Source of the DNA: Candidatus Poribacteria bacterium
GTDB lineage: Bacteria > Poribacteria > WGA-4E > WGA-3G
NCBI GenBank assembly: GCA_965205025.1
Contig: CBDBFU010000023.1
Location: 4,390-68,389 of the forward strand
DNA length: 64,000 nucleotides
Direction: 5' to 3'
Below, piece after piece: positions 54,675 to 63,301 of the stretch. A model generated the notes under the pieces. The model had not been told where the DNA came from. It made no database searches and saw nothing but the letters and a program-made list of their open reading frames with translations. Made by a program: the position numbers and the translations under genes. Positions within the stretch are counted from its first letter, which is position 1; every line of letters starts with the position of its first letter.

Positions 54675-55055
54675 CTAAATAGGTACAAGGTCTATTTCAA
54701 CTGTATTTGGAGTGTAGTGGTCTGCAATTCTTGCTCCAGTCTGTAATTGAAGTACTGCTTCAGATGCATCAACATCACCTCGTTTTAATTCCAAAGGGAC
54801 ACCAATTAGACAATTCTTCACATCATCAATATGAAATAAGATGAAATCACATTGGTTGCTTCTCGCTTTGTCTGTGGGATAAGCTTTATCTACATCTAAT
54901 ACTACACGGTTTACAGGTTTAGACCTTAGATTAGCCATTGAAACGGTACATCCTTTTCTGGTATAGGATTTTGCATTACTGTTACCTACCCATTTCTTTA
55001 TCTGATTAAGTGTATCAATTGGATTCACTACGACTCTTGCCTTTCTTTCTCTCAT
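54675..55055 (-). CDS. small PD-(D/E)xK-like putative nuclease, partner of the upstream ATPase (possibly frameshift-truncated; extended frame reaches 54526)
   Basis: 126 aa. CDFILFH...(19 aa)...PLELKRGD fits D-x(n)-E-x-K. The start overlaps the ATPase 3' end by 41 nt. After the TAG stop (54675-54677), another frame stays open for 50 codons (LVHGGSLHRVQRDKLKK...VLVKLIRR, stop 54526-54528). One extra T in the T-run would fuse them. Confidence 0.55.
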   Translation of the reverse strand: MRERKARVVVNPIDTLNQIKKWVGNSNAKSYTRKGCTVSMANLRSKPVNRVVLDVDKAYPTDKARSNQCDFILFHIDDVKNCLIGVPLELKRGDVDASEAVLQLQTGARIADHYTPNTVEIDLVPI

Positions 55056-56475
55056 ATCGTTGTTGAAGATTTACAGTACGGTTGTATAGTCCTTCAGCAA
55101 CATCCTCATAATCCTGTGGGGAGATACCTTCTATAGATTTAAATGGTATCTCTTTCACTGTTTCGTTCTTTTGAAAATGCCATACGCCTACTTCTTCAGG
55201 CACTAACCAACAATCAGATTTATCCGAATTTTCATCAATTAATCCTTCAAGAACAAGGTTTCCTATTTCCTGGAGCAACCAATCACTATGTGTTGTTGTT
55301 ATAACTCTAACACCAGCTCTAACAAGATATGCGAGTATCACAGCCATGTCTGCTTGTGCACCTGGATGAAGATGAGCTTCTGGTTCTTCTATGATTAGTG
55401 TATCTCCAGGATTAAGAATTCCTCTAATAAATAAAACAACTGGAGCTAATTCAATCACCATCGATGATGATTGGCTTAACGGTATGTCTTTTTCACTCTC
55501 ATTAAAGGTATACCGTACATCAGGATTGCCACTAACAGATGATTTTAACTGGATTTTACCTTGTAGTATCTTGTTTTCTAATATTCCAGCAATATAATGC
55601 ATATCACTGTCAATATTTTTGTTTTCTTCATATAGAATTATCTTAGCCAAGAAATCCGTTAGAACACTTGACATCGTAGGTATATTAGATAATTCTTCGA
55701 CACCTATACGTGTAGTATGTCTAACCATAGAACTTGCAATCACTCTGTGACTTTGCATTAGACCACTACGTGCGCCAGGAAGATAATATCGACAATGTTT
55801 TCTTCCTTCAATAGTAATTTCTGACTTGCCTTCATGTTCTGGTAAGATGATGGTTATAGCATGATTCTTAGGGATTAAAACCTGTTCATCACTTGATGAA
55901 TAGGTCAAATCCAAATCAGATTCATCTGAACCTAAAGAATGCATACTTATATTCCAATATATTTTATTGTCTGACTCAATTTTTAACGAGATTGACATAG
56001 GATTATGTTGTTTTTTTAACACTCGATTAAGATTTGAAATTGAATCTAAATCAAAGCAATTTATGAGTTCTTCTTGTAAAGTCTTTTTAAAGGAATCTAT
56101 AGTAAAATAATTGTGTATACTTTCATGCATACTTTTTGGAAGATCCGATAATAAAAATGATCTGTCAATCATTGCCATTTTCCGTTGGATAATGTGCTTT
56201 TCTTCTTTTAACAAATCTTGACCATTTAATAATTCTCTCAGTAAAGGTTCAAGACTACTTGGTTCAGAATTATAGATTAGATTTGGACCTGTAAAGTCGT
56301 TAAATACTCCATGCAGAACATACATCAAGGTGGCAAGATATGTTTTTCCAGTATTACTCGGACCAACAAACACAGTCAAGGGACGCAGATCAATGTTGGC
56401 TTCGTGAATTGGTCCAAAATTTTTGACTTCAATACCTATCTTCAATTCTTGACTGGAGTCTTCTTTCTTACTCAT
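55015..56475 (-). CDS. ABC-type (AAA_15/AAA_21, OLD/RecF-like) ATPase, putative defence-system motor
   Basis: 486 aa, AAGGA RBS. Walker A VFVGPSNTGKTY, signature-like LSQSSSMVIELAP, Walker B/D-loop TLIIEEPEAHLHPGAQ, H-loop ITTTHSDWLL. Confidence 0.75.
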   Translation of the reverse strand: MSKKEDSSQELKIGIEVKNFGPIHEANIDLRPLTVFVGPSNTGKTYLATLMYVLHGVFNDFTGPNLIYNSEPSSLEPLLRELLNGQDLLKEEKHIIQRKMAMIDRSFLLSDLPKSMHESIHNYFTIDSFKKTLQEELINCFDLDSISNLNRVLKKQHNPMSISLKIESDNKIYWNISMHSLGSDESDLDLTYSSSDEQVLIPKNHAITIILPEHEGKSEITIEGRKHCRYYLPGARSGLMQSHRVIASSMVRHTTRIGVEELSNIPTMSSVLTDFLAKIILYEENKNIDSDMHYIAGILENKILQGKIQLKSSVSGNPDVRYTFNESEKDIPLSQSSSMVIELAPVVLFIRGILNPGDTLIIEEPEAHLHPGAQADMAVILAYLVRAGVRVITTTHSDWLLQEIGNLVLEGLIDENSDKSDCWLVPEEVGVWHFQKNETVKEIPFKSIEGISPQDYEDVAEGLYNRTVNLQQRYERKKGKSRSESN

Positions 56476-56538
56476 GTTTGTCCTTTACAATAATCTTCCC
56501 AAATCATTAATTTACAAATACGATATATAATTTAACAC

Positions 56539-57909
56539 TTAAAAAAATGTAAGATACGGTTTGCCTTCTATCTCGCGGAGCAACAATAGTGCAAGTTCTC
56601 TTCCATGATAGTCTCCCCACATAGATGCCTCTCCACATGGTATTTTTCTATCTTCTGGAACATAGTCCCACCCGTTGGGTCTGTGATATACTGAATGAAG
56701 AAGTAAACCTTGATGTGTTTCTGAGGCTGATAAATAGGGTTCATCAAAGAGAGTGTTTGCTACTGTTAAACCAGCTTGGTAGTATTTGGAACTTGATTCT
56801 TCTTCACCATGTTTTGAAAGGAAGTTCCCATATCTAATTAACCCTTGTGCCGCGATTGCTGCAGCAGAACTATCAACGGGTTCATAATCATTGTATGGTT
56901 CGGACGGAATTGATAGGTAATCTCCTAATTCAACCAGACCCGGAGCCCCTGTATCCCAGTAAGGTATTCCATCCTGTGCTGTGTTCTCAATGAAGAAATC
57001 TGCAGTTGCTTCAACTGCTTTCCTCATATGGGATGTCACTTCGAACTTCCCACCAAAAGAATCAAGGTCATCATCAGACAATGTATCAAAAAACTCAAGC
57101 TGCTCTGCATAACCTGTTATAATCCATGCTAAACCACGAGTCCAGGTAGAAAATGGGGAATAACCTTGTTGTGTACTGGGACATCGGTAATTTCCATCAT
57201 TAGTATTGAAGATAGATTCATGAACTACCCGTCCCCGAATATCAAAAGCATCACGACCTTCACCGTAGTAAACATTATACTTAGCAGTTGTTTGAGAATG
57301 TTGGATTAACCGTTCCAATAAGTTTATTGCTACATCACCTTCACCCATAAGGACAGCCCCAAGTGTATGTCCTATAGCTAATACACGTAATGAACGTATG
57401 GTATCTGAGAATAAAGAATGTGGTCCGTTGAAAGAAGCAATATAACCTGCTCCATCCTTAATCTCTGTCCATCGACTCGCTTGTACGGCTGCTGAAGATT
57501 TCAAAGCAATTTCATAAAAGTGCATTTCATTTTCATCAGTTGGGATAACACCTTCCCGCATAAGTCGACAAAGATTACCATAAGTGGAGACGTTATTAAA
57601 CCCGTGATCATGTACGCCAATATGTGTAACATGTGGATGCATTTTTTCAATAGTGTTCCGTCTTCCAATTTCTAAGAATTGTTCATCCCCAGTTGCATCA
57701 TATTGAAGAATAGCAGATCCAAATTGAAATCCTTGCGTCCATTCTGTCCATCCTCTGGTTGTGTATGTACCAGCAACTGTAAAAACAGGTGTGCCATTTT
57801 CTGGTAGCCAAGTGTCTTCAATTGACAATATTTTTTCACCTGAAAACTCAAAAAACCTGTCTATTTTGGTTTTCAGATCATGTATCTTTAATGAATTGTT
57901 TATCTTCAT
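56539..57909 (-). CDS. GH88-like unsaturated glucuronyl hydrolase ((alpha/alpha)6 barrel)
   Basis: 456 aa. The TRGWTEWTQGFQFG and GVHDHGFNN motifs resemble the GH88/GH105 catalytic region. The family call was made from motifs only. Confidence 0.5.
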   Translation of the reverse strand: MKINNSLKIHDLKTKIDRFFEFSGEKILSIEDTWLPENGTPVFTVAGTYTTRGWTEWTQGFQFGSAILQYDATGDEQFLEIGRRNTIEKMHPHVTHIGVHDHGFNNVSTYGNLCRLMREGVIPTDENEMHFYEIALKSSAAVQASRWTEIKDGAGYIASFNGPHSLFSDTIRSLRVLAIGHTLGAVLMGEGDVAINLLERLIQHSQTTAKYNVYYGEGRDAFDIRGRVVHESIFNTNDGNYRCPSTQQGYSPFSTWTRGLAWIITGYAEQLEFFDTLSDDDLDSFGGKFEVTSHMRKAVEATADFFIENTAQDGIPYWDTGAPGLVELGDYLSIPSEPYNDYEPVDSSAAAIAAQGLIRYGNFLSKHGEEESSSKYYQAGLTVANTLFDEPYLSASETHQGLLLHSVYHRPNGWDYVPEDRKIPCGEASMWGDYHGRELALLLLREIEGKPYLTFF

Positions 57910-57945
57910 GTATCCTCTATTTCTTATATGAACCTACTTTAGGTT

Positions 57946-58440
57946 TCAAGATGTTCCATACTGTTCACATATTACTTCAATCAAGTTAGTTGTTGATTTA
58001 CCTGGAACATTAATACCTACAACTACCTTACCACCATTTTCTTCAACAATTTCTCTTTCTACAAGCTGCTCTAATTTGTAATCTCCACCTTTTACATGAA
58101 TGTTTGGTTTGAGATCTGAAAGTAATTCGATTGGTGTCAATTCAGGAAATATCACAACATAATCAACACATGCTAATCCTGCTAACATCTCTGCTCGTTC
58201 ATCCTCAGGAACAAGTGGACGATTCTCTCCTTTGAGTTGTCTAACAGAATCATCACTGTTAACAGCGACAACAAGAAGATCCCCCATCTTCCTTGCAGCC
58301 TGAAGATAACGTAAATGACCTAAGTGTAATACATCAAAACAACCATTTGTTGTTACGACAATTCTGCCTTGTTTTCTAAGGTCATTTAACTGCAATGATA
58401 GTTCAGATCGTGTATATATTTTCTTCTGTGTCATTATCAA
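57946..58440 (-). CDS. rfaE2: RfaE domain II-type D-beta-D-heptose 1-phosphate adenylyltransferase (cytidylyltransferase fold)
   Basis: 164 aa. TNGCFDVLHLGHLRYL...LVVAVNSDDSVRQLKGENRP...VKGGDY...GKSTTNLI matches HldE C-domain motifs. Confidence 0.8.
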   Translation of the reverse strand: MIMTQKKIYTRSELSLQLNDLRKQGRIVVTTNGCFDVLHLGHLRYLQAARKMGDLLVVAVNSDDSVRQLKGENRPLVPEDERAEMLAGLACVDYVVIFPELTPIELLSDLKPNIHVKGGDYKLEQLVEREIVEENGGKVVVGINVPGKSTTNLIEVICEQYGTS

Positions 58441-58504
58441 CTTTACTTTATAAGTACTTTTTAAAAATTGCTGTCAAAATTGTTGATGTTATATTCATAC
58501 ATTA

Positions 58505-58533
58505 TTGCATATTCACTATACTTTTGCTATAAT
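58505..58533 (+). promoter_or_regulatory. candidate sigma70 promoter of the EF-Tu-like gene
   Basis: TTGCAT (58505-58510), exactly 17 nt, then TATAAT (58528-58533). It lies 55 nt upstream of ATG 58589. Confidence 0.5.
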
Positions 58534-58588
58534 AAACAAACACTAAAACAAAATCCATCCACATCATACAATTCCTTACGGTGTAAAA

Positions 58589-59746
58589 ATGAATAAGAAA
58601 AAGACATCCATTCATCAATCGTTACCTATATGCATGCTTGGTGCTAATGGACATGGTAAGACTACGTTAACAACTGGTATGGAAAGAGTCGTTGAAAAAA
58701 TTGGAACAATTCGTTCAGATACCAATACTGATTTTGCTGATCAGTTGCCAAATCACCACCAGATATGTGAAGGAGTTGGTTTTACTTTTCGATCTATTGA
58801 CTATGAAACAAGCGGAAAACACTATACACAGATAGATTGTAATACACATCAGGATATAATAAAATTATTAGTTAGTGGTACTCTGGATATTCAAGGTGCA
58901 ATATGGGTAGTCGATGCAGATGAAGGTGTAACGCCAGAATCTGAAGAACTGGTTTATATTGCCAATCGTGTTAAAGTATCCAATATTGTATCATTCTTAA
59001 ATATTCATAATACCGATGACAGTGAGTTAGTAAATATCTGTCAACATGAAATGAGAGAATTACTCACTGAATGTGGATGGAATGAGAATAATTCACCAAT
59101 ATTAGTTGGTGATGCACATAATACATTAAACTATAAAACTGTAAATTTGGGTTCAGACCAATGGAAACCTATCGTTGATACCATTTCTGCATTAAACAGC
59201 ATAATGCCGGATCCAATTGATAAATCACATCTTCATCTGGTTTTACCTATACATGAAATTGTGAAGGAAAGTAAAGAGACTGTGACATTTTCAGGTGAAT
59301 TAATACAAGGTCATCTTTCTGTAGGTCAATCCATTGATATTGTTGGCAAAGGAGACAGGGTTAAAACAAAATGTTTAAATATTAAAGAAGATGAAATAAC
59401 AGTAGAATCTGAACCAGACTGGTTATCTGTTGGACAGGTTGTATGTTCCCCAAAGACTATAAAAGCACATACAGAATTTATAGCTATTGTTTATTTACTA
59501 AGCCAGGAAGAAAGCGGAACACATATCCCTATAATTCAAAATGATAAGCTTGATATCCACCTATGGGGTATAGATGTTCATGCACGTGTTCAACTTCCAC
59601 CAGAACTATCAATCATATCTCCAGGATCAAATTGTGAGCTTTCTATTTACCTTGATCTTCCTCTTGTGATGGAAGTTGGTACAACATTCGAAATAAAAAA
59701 GATGGATCTGAGAATCGGTTTGGGAATCGTAACAGAAGTTACATAA
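58589..59746 (+). CDS. divergent EF-Tu-like protein with degenerate GTPase motifs
   Basis: 385 aa, collinear with EF-Tu domains I-III. P-loop GANGHGKT is kept. Switch I RGITI is replaced by EGVGF, DCPGH by DCNTH, NKCD by NIHN, and SAL by DAH. Domain III blocks KAHTEFIAIVYLLSQEESGTHIP and RIGLGIVTEV are conserved. Confidence 0.75.
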   Translation: MNKKKTSIHQSLPICMLGANGHGKTTLTTGMERVVEKIGTIRSDTNTDFADQLPNHHQICEGVGFTFRSIDYETSGKHYTQIDCNTHQDIIKLLVSGTLDIQGAIWVVDADEGVTPESEELVYIANRVKVSNIVSFLNIHNTDDSELVNICQHEMRELLTECGWNENNSPILVGDAHNTLNYKTVNLGSDQWKPIVDTISALNSIMPDPIDKSHLHLVLPIHEIVKESKETVTFSGELIQGHLSVGQSIDIVGKGDRVKTKCLNIKEDEITVESEPDWLSVGQVVCSPKTIKAHTEFIAIVYLLSQEESGTHIPIIQNDKLDIHLWGIDVHARVQLPPELSIISPGSNCELSIYLDLPLVMEVGTTFEIKKMDLRIGLGIVTEVT

Positions 59747-59764
59747 AGTTCTTCTTGGTTCAAT

Positions 59765-60472
59765 TTAATTCACAATCTTAAGTACATCATTGAGTAAGAG
59801 ATCACCTGTATATAAAGCACGTCCTATAATAGCACCAGATACTCCAATGTTTTTCAAGGATTCTATATCTGAAAGAGATGTAACCCCTCCCGATGCAATG
59901 ACATTTGCAGAAACAGCATCCACTATTTCTGCGGTTGCTTTTAGATTAGGACCTTTCAACATTCCATCACTTTTTATATCTGTATATATCAAAGTCTGAA
60001 CTACCGAAAGTTCTTTTGCAAAATGTATAGCAGATTTTTCAGACACTTCTAACCAACCATCTGTGGCGACCATTCCATCTCTCGCGTCAATTCCAACTGC
60101 AATTCTTTCACCGTATAAATCACATGCTTCTGATACAAGATTAGGTTGTTTTAAGGCTGCTGTACCCAAAATTGCTCTATCAACCCCTAATTCCAGAACA
60201 ACCTTGATCTGCTCGATATTTCTAATGCCGCCACCAAGTTGTGTAGGAATTGTAACTTCAGAGACGATCTCACCAACTATCTTTAGGTTTGCTGATACAC
60301 CTTGAAATGCTCCATCAAGATCGACAAGGTGTAGGTATTCTGCTCCTTCCGATTCCCATCTTAGTGCCATATCAACAGGATTATTAGAAAAAACTGTTTC
60401 TTGTTCAGCAATACCTTGGATCAGATTAACACATTTTCCACCACGTAGATCAATTGCGGGTAATATTTTCAC
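59765..60472 (-). CDS. hisA: ProFAR isomerase HisA
   Basis: 235 aa. MKILPAIDLRGGKCV ... GGGIR ... ASGGV are typical HisA (beta/alpha)8 phosphate-binding motifs. Confidence 0.85.
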   Translation of the reverse strand: MKILPAIDLRGGKCVNLIQGIAEQETVFSNNPVDMALRWESEGAEYLHLVDLDGAFQGVSANLKIVGEIVSEVTIPTQLGGGIRNIEQIKVVLELGVDRAILGTAALKQPNLVSEACDLYGERIAVGIDARDGMVATDGWLEVSEKSAIHFAKELSVVQTLIYTDIKSDGMLKGPNLKATAEIVDAVSANVIASGGVTSLSDIESLKNIGVSGAIIGRALYTGDLLLNDVLKIVN

Positions 60473-60484
60473 TTAATTTCCTTT

Positions 60485-61387
60485 CTATTCCTCACGAAAA
60501 ATACCGAGTAATTTTAATTGTGCGATTGAGATGATTGCAATAATTATAAAAAGCACCCATCCTATTGTTGCAGCATAACCAAGTCGCATAAATTGAAAAC
60601 CATTCTTATATAAATACATTACAATTGTAGAACCCGCATCTGCAGGTTCACCACCATTCGTTAATATAAATGGTAGATCAAACAGTTGGAATGATCCTAT
60701 CATTGAAACAACAACCACAAATGCAATTACAGGTCGTAATGAGGGAAGAGTAACATGAATAAATGCCTGCCACCAATTTGCACCATCTACAGCTGCAGCT
60801 TCATATAAATCCTGACGTATTCCTTGAAGTCCTGCAATAAAGTAGATCATGTTAAATCCTGCCCATTGCCATACTCCTGTAAGAATCACAGCCGGCATTA
60901 CATATTTTGCATCATTTAGCCATCCTATCTCTTTTCCAAGAAGTATATATTCGTTGTTGATAATTCCTGCGCGCTGATCATAGATAAGATTAAAGATGAT
61001 GGCAACAAATACACCTGCGACAAGTACAGGTGTAAAAAATGCTAAACGTAATATGTTCTTTCCTTTGACATATTTTGAATTTAAGATTATGGCAAGTAAT
61101 AAAGCTATAGGTAATTGTAGCGTTAATGTACCCAGTGCAAAATATGTCGTATTCCATGCAGATTTCCAAAAGATAGGATCAATAAAAAGATCTATGAAGT
61201 TGCTAAATCCTACATATATTTTACTTTGAAACCCACGCATCTCATAGAAACTCATAATGAGAGATGAGAGTAGTGGATACCCCATAAAAACAATGAATAG
61301 TATATAGAATGGAGCAATAAACAGGTAGGGAGCAATTTTCTGTTGTTGATTCCAGATATTCTTACTAAAGGTTTTATTAATCGCCAT
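60485..61387 (-). CDS. CUT1-family sugar ABC transporter permease (MalF/UgpA-like)
   Basis: 300 aa, six TM helices. EAA loop LYEAAAVDGANWWQAFIHVTLPSLRP. Confidence 0.85.
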   Translation of the reverse strand: MAINKTFSKNIWNQQQKIAPYLFIAPFYILFIVFMGYPLLSSLIMSFYEMRGFQSKIYVGFSNFIDLFIDPIFWKSAWNTTYFALGTLTLQLPIALLLAIILNSKYVKGKNILRLAFFTPVLVAGVFVAIIFNLIYDQRAGIINNEYILLGKEIGWLNDAKYVMPAVILTGVWQWAGFNMIYFIAGLQGIRQDLYEAAAVDGANWWQAFIHVTLPSLRPVIAFVVVVSMIGSFQLFDLPFILTNGGEPADAGSTIVMYLYKNGFQFMRLGYAATIGWVLFIIIAIISIAQLKLLGIFREE

Positions 61388-61425
61388 AACTGATTAGGAC
61401 TAACTTTATTTAGAAATTGAATTTT

Positions 61426-62790
61426 CTATTTAATCTCTTCTGTTCTCCATCTTGTTTGGTCTTTTGAGATAATATCCCTAACTGTAGTAGCAAGTTCAGT
61501 CAAAGCCTTTCTTGGTGACTTATCTTCAGTAACGACTTCAAAGATGGTATCATTCAATAAATCTGAAGCTTCCGACCAATACGGATTCTGATATCGTGGT
61601 GGTATATCTGGTGCCAAATCAATAAACAATTTTCCAATTCTCTGTCCACCTAAGTATTCGTCAGGTTCATGAAAAATCGGTATATCCAATGCAGATTTGA
61701 TCGGAGGTATAATCATAGTGGTTTCAAACCTATTTGCTAATCCTTCTCTATTGAAATATGTAAATTCAATCAGTTCCCATGCAAGTTCAGGATTCTTGCA
61801 CTGTTTTGTAATACCAATCATTGTACCACCACGTGTTGTTGTGCGTCTTCCCCCTTCTTCCCACGCAGGCATTGGTATTGCTTTCCACTTTCCCGCCATC
61901 TGAGGAACTTGACTTTTTAATATCCCAACATACCAATCTGGTGCTAAAATGGAAAGTATCTTATCATCCTGCATTGCAGCGAAATTACTTGGATGTCCAT
62001 GCCATGTTCCGTAAACAGGAGTTGCAATTTTATGTTCATTGAAGAGTGAACTATAAAAGGTTAAAGTATCTATCGCAATCTCGCTATCTATAATCACATT
62101 TCCATTTTCATCAAAAAACCCACCTCCCCTTTGTAGCAGAAAGTTGAAGTAATCGCTCTCTGTCTTGTTATCCAGAACAATTGCATAACGGTCAGTGCTA
62201 CCATCCCCATCCGTATCACGAGTTGCTTTTTTAGCAGCAATTATAAATTCATCCCAAGTACTGATTTCTGTCAGATCAACTCCTACTGCTTTAAAAAGAT
62301 CATCTCTATATAGGAGAACTACAGGATGTAAATCATGTGGGATTCCATATATTCTTCCATTATAAGACCAGGGTGTAAAACGATTTGGAACTAAATCATC
62401 CATCCAACCTTGACTTTCCAATAGAGGACGAAGGTCCAAGAACCCAATTTCATCTATTGCTCCCTTCAAGAAACGGCCAATTGAGGTAATTTCTACTTCA
62501 ACAATATCGGGTGCACCGAAATTTGAAAGTAGTGCTGTTAGAAGCTTGTCATGCATCGTGTCACCAAAGTTAATCAACTCAACATTTACATCAGGATAAA
62601 GTTGATTAAATAGTGGGAGTCGTGCTTGATATTCGTCATAATGAGTGGGTGCAAAAATCCAGAACTCTAAACTCTCATCTTTCTTTTCTAAAGATGCAAC
62701 AAGAAATATTGAAGAGACTACAAACAGAACCAACATTGCTATGGGTGCTTTGCCAATTGGGAAGTTATCACTATCAAATGGAATTGTCAT
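61426..62790 (-). CDS. extracellular solute-binding protein (family 1, sugar ABC)
   Basis: 454 aa with an N-terminal membrane anchor or signal. Typical SBP_bac_1 features, and located upstream of the permease. Confidence 0.75.
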   Translation of the reverse strand: MTIPFDSDNFPIGKAPIAMLVLFVVSSIFLVASLEKKDESLEFWIFAPTHYDEYQARLPLFNQLYPDVNVELINFGDTMHDKLLTALLSNFGAPDIVEVEITSIGRFLKGAIDEIGFLDLRPLLESQGWMDDLVPNRFTPWSYNGRIYGIPHDLHPVVLLYRDDLFKAVGVDLTEISTWDEFIIAAKKATRDTDGDGSTDRYAIVLDNKTESDYFNFLLQRGGGFFDENGNVIIDSEIAIDTLTFYSSLFNEHKIATPVYGTWHGHPSNFAAMQDDKILSILAPDWYVGILKSQVPQMAGKWKAIPMPAWEEGGRRTTTRGGTMIGITKQCKNPELAWELIEFTYFNREGLANRFETTMIIPPIKSALDIPIFHEPDEYLGGQRIGKLFIDLAPDIPPRYQNPYWSEASDLLNDTIFEVVTEDKSPRKALTELATTVRDIISKDQTRWRTEEIK

Positions 62791-62963
62791 GGTTTTGCTA
62801 AGAATTTATGGTGCTATATTATCTTGAGATGAATCATGTGTTCTACTACAAGTCTTAGTATTTTATCAAAAAGGTCAATTTTGTCTTGACATTTAGGAAC
62901 TGACTAATTAAAATTTATCAAAACAATTCCTTTTTTTCAATGAATAAATGGAGTATCGTTTAC

Positions 62964-63263
62964 ATGCCTACATATGATTATAGATGTCTTGAATGTGAAA
63001 CAGAATTTGAGAAATTTCAAGGCATCACAGAAGATCCGATTAAAGAATGTCCAGAATGTACAGGTAAAGTGAAAAGACTGATTGGTGCAGGGGCTGGATT
63101 GATCTTCAAAGGGTCTGGTTTTTATATCACTGATTATCGAAGTGATGGATATAAAGAATCTGCTAAGAAAGATAATAATACCTCAACCGATAAAGGTGAT
63201 AAGAAAGAAAAGAAAACCGATAACAGTAGTGAATCAAAGAGTAAGAAAGAAACTTCTGACTAA
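62964..63263 (+). CDS. FmdB-family zinc-ribbon putative regulatory protein
   Basis: GGAG lies 10 nt before ATG 62964 (the track starts at 62940). MPTYDYRCLECETEFE...ECPECTG is the CxxC_CxxC_SSSS motif. Lys/Ser-rich tail. Confidence 0.8.
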   Translation: MPTYDYRCLECETEFEKFQGITEDPIKECPECTGKVKRLIGAGAGLIFKGSGFYITDYRSDGYKESAKKDNNTSTDKGDKKEKKTDNSSESKSKKETSD

Positions 63264-63301
63264 CTGGAATTTCTACATCTAATCTACAATAGGATTCCAA
63301 T

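Noticed and set aside
58589-59746. Annotating this gene simply as tuf (elongation factor Tu)
   Set aside because: Four of the five GTPase motifs are non-canonical and domain II is shortened. It stands alone rather than in a str/tufB-type ribosomal context. I annotate it as EF-Tu-like.
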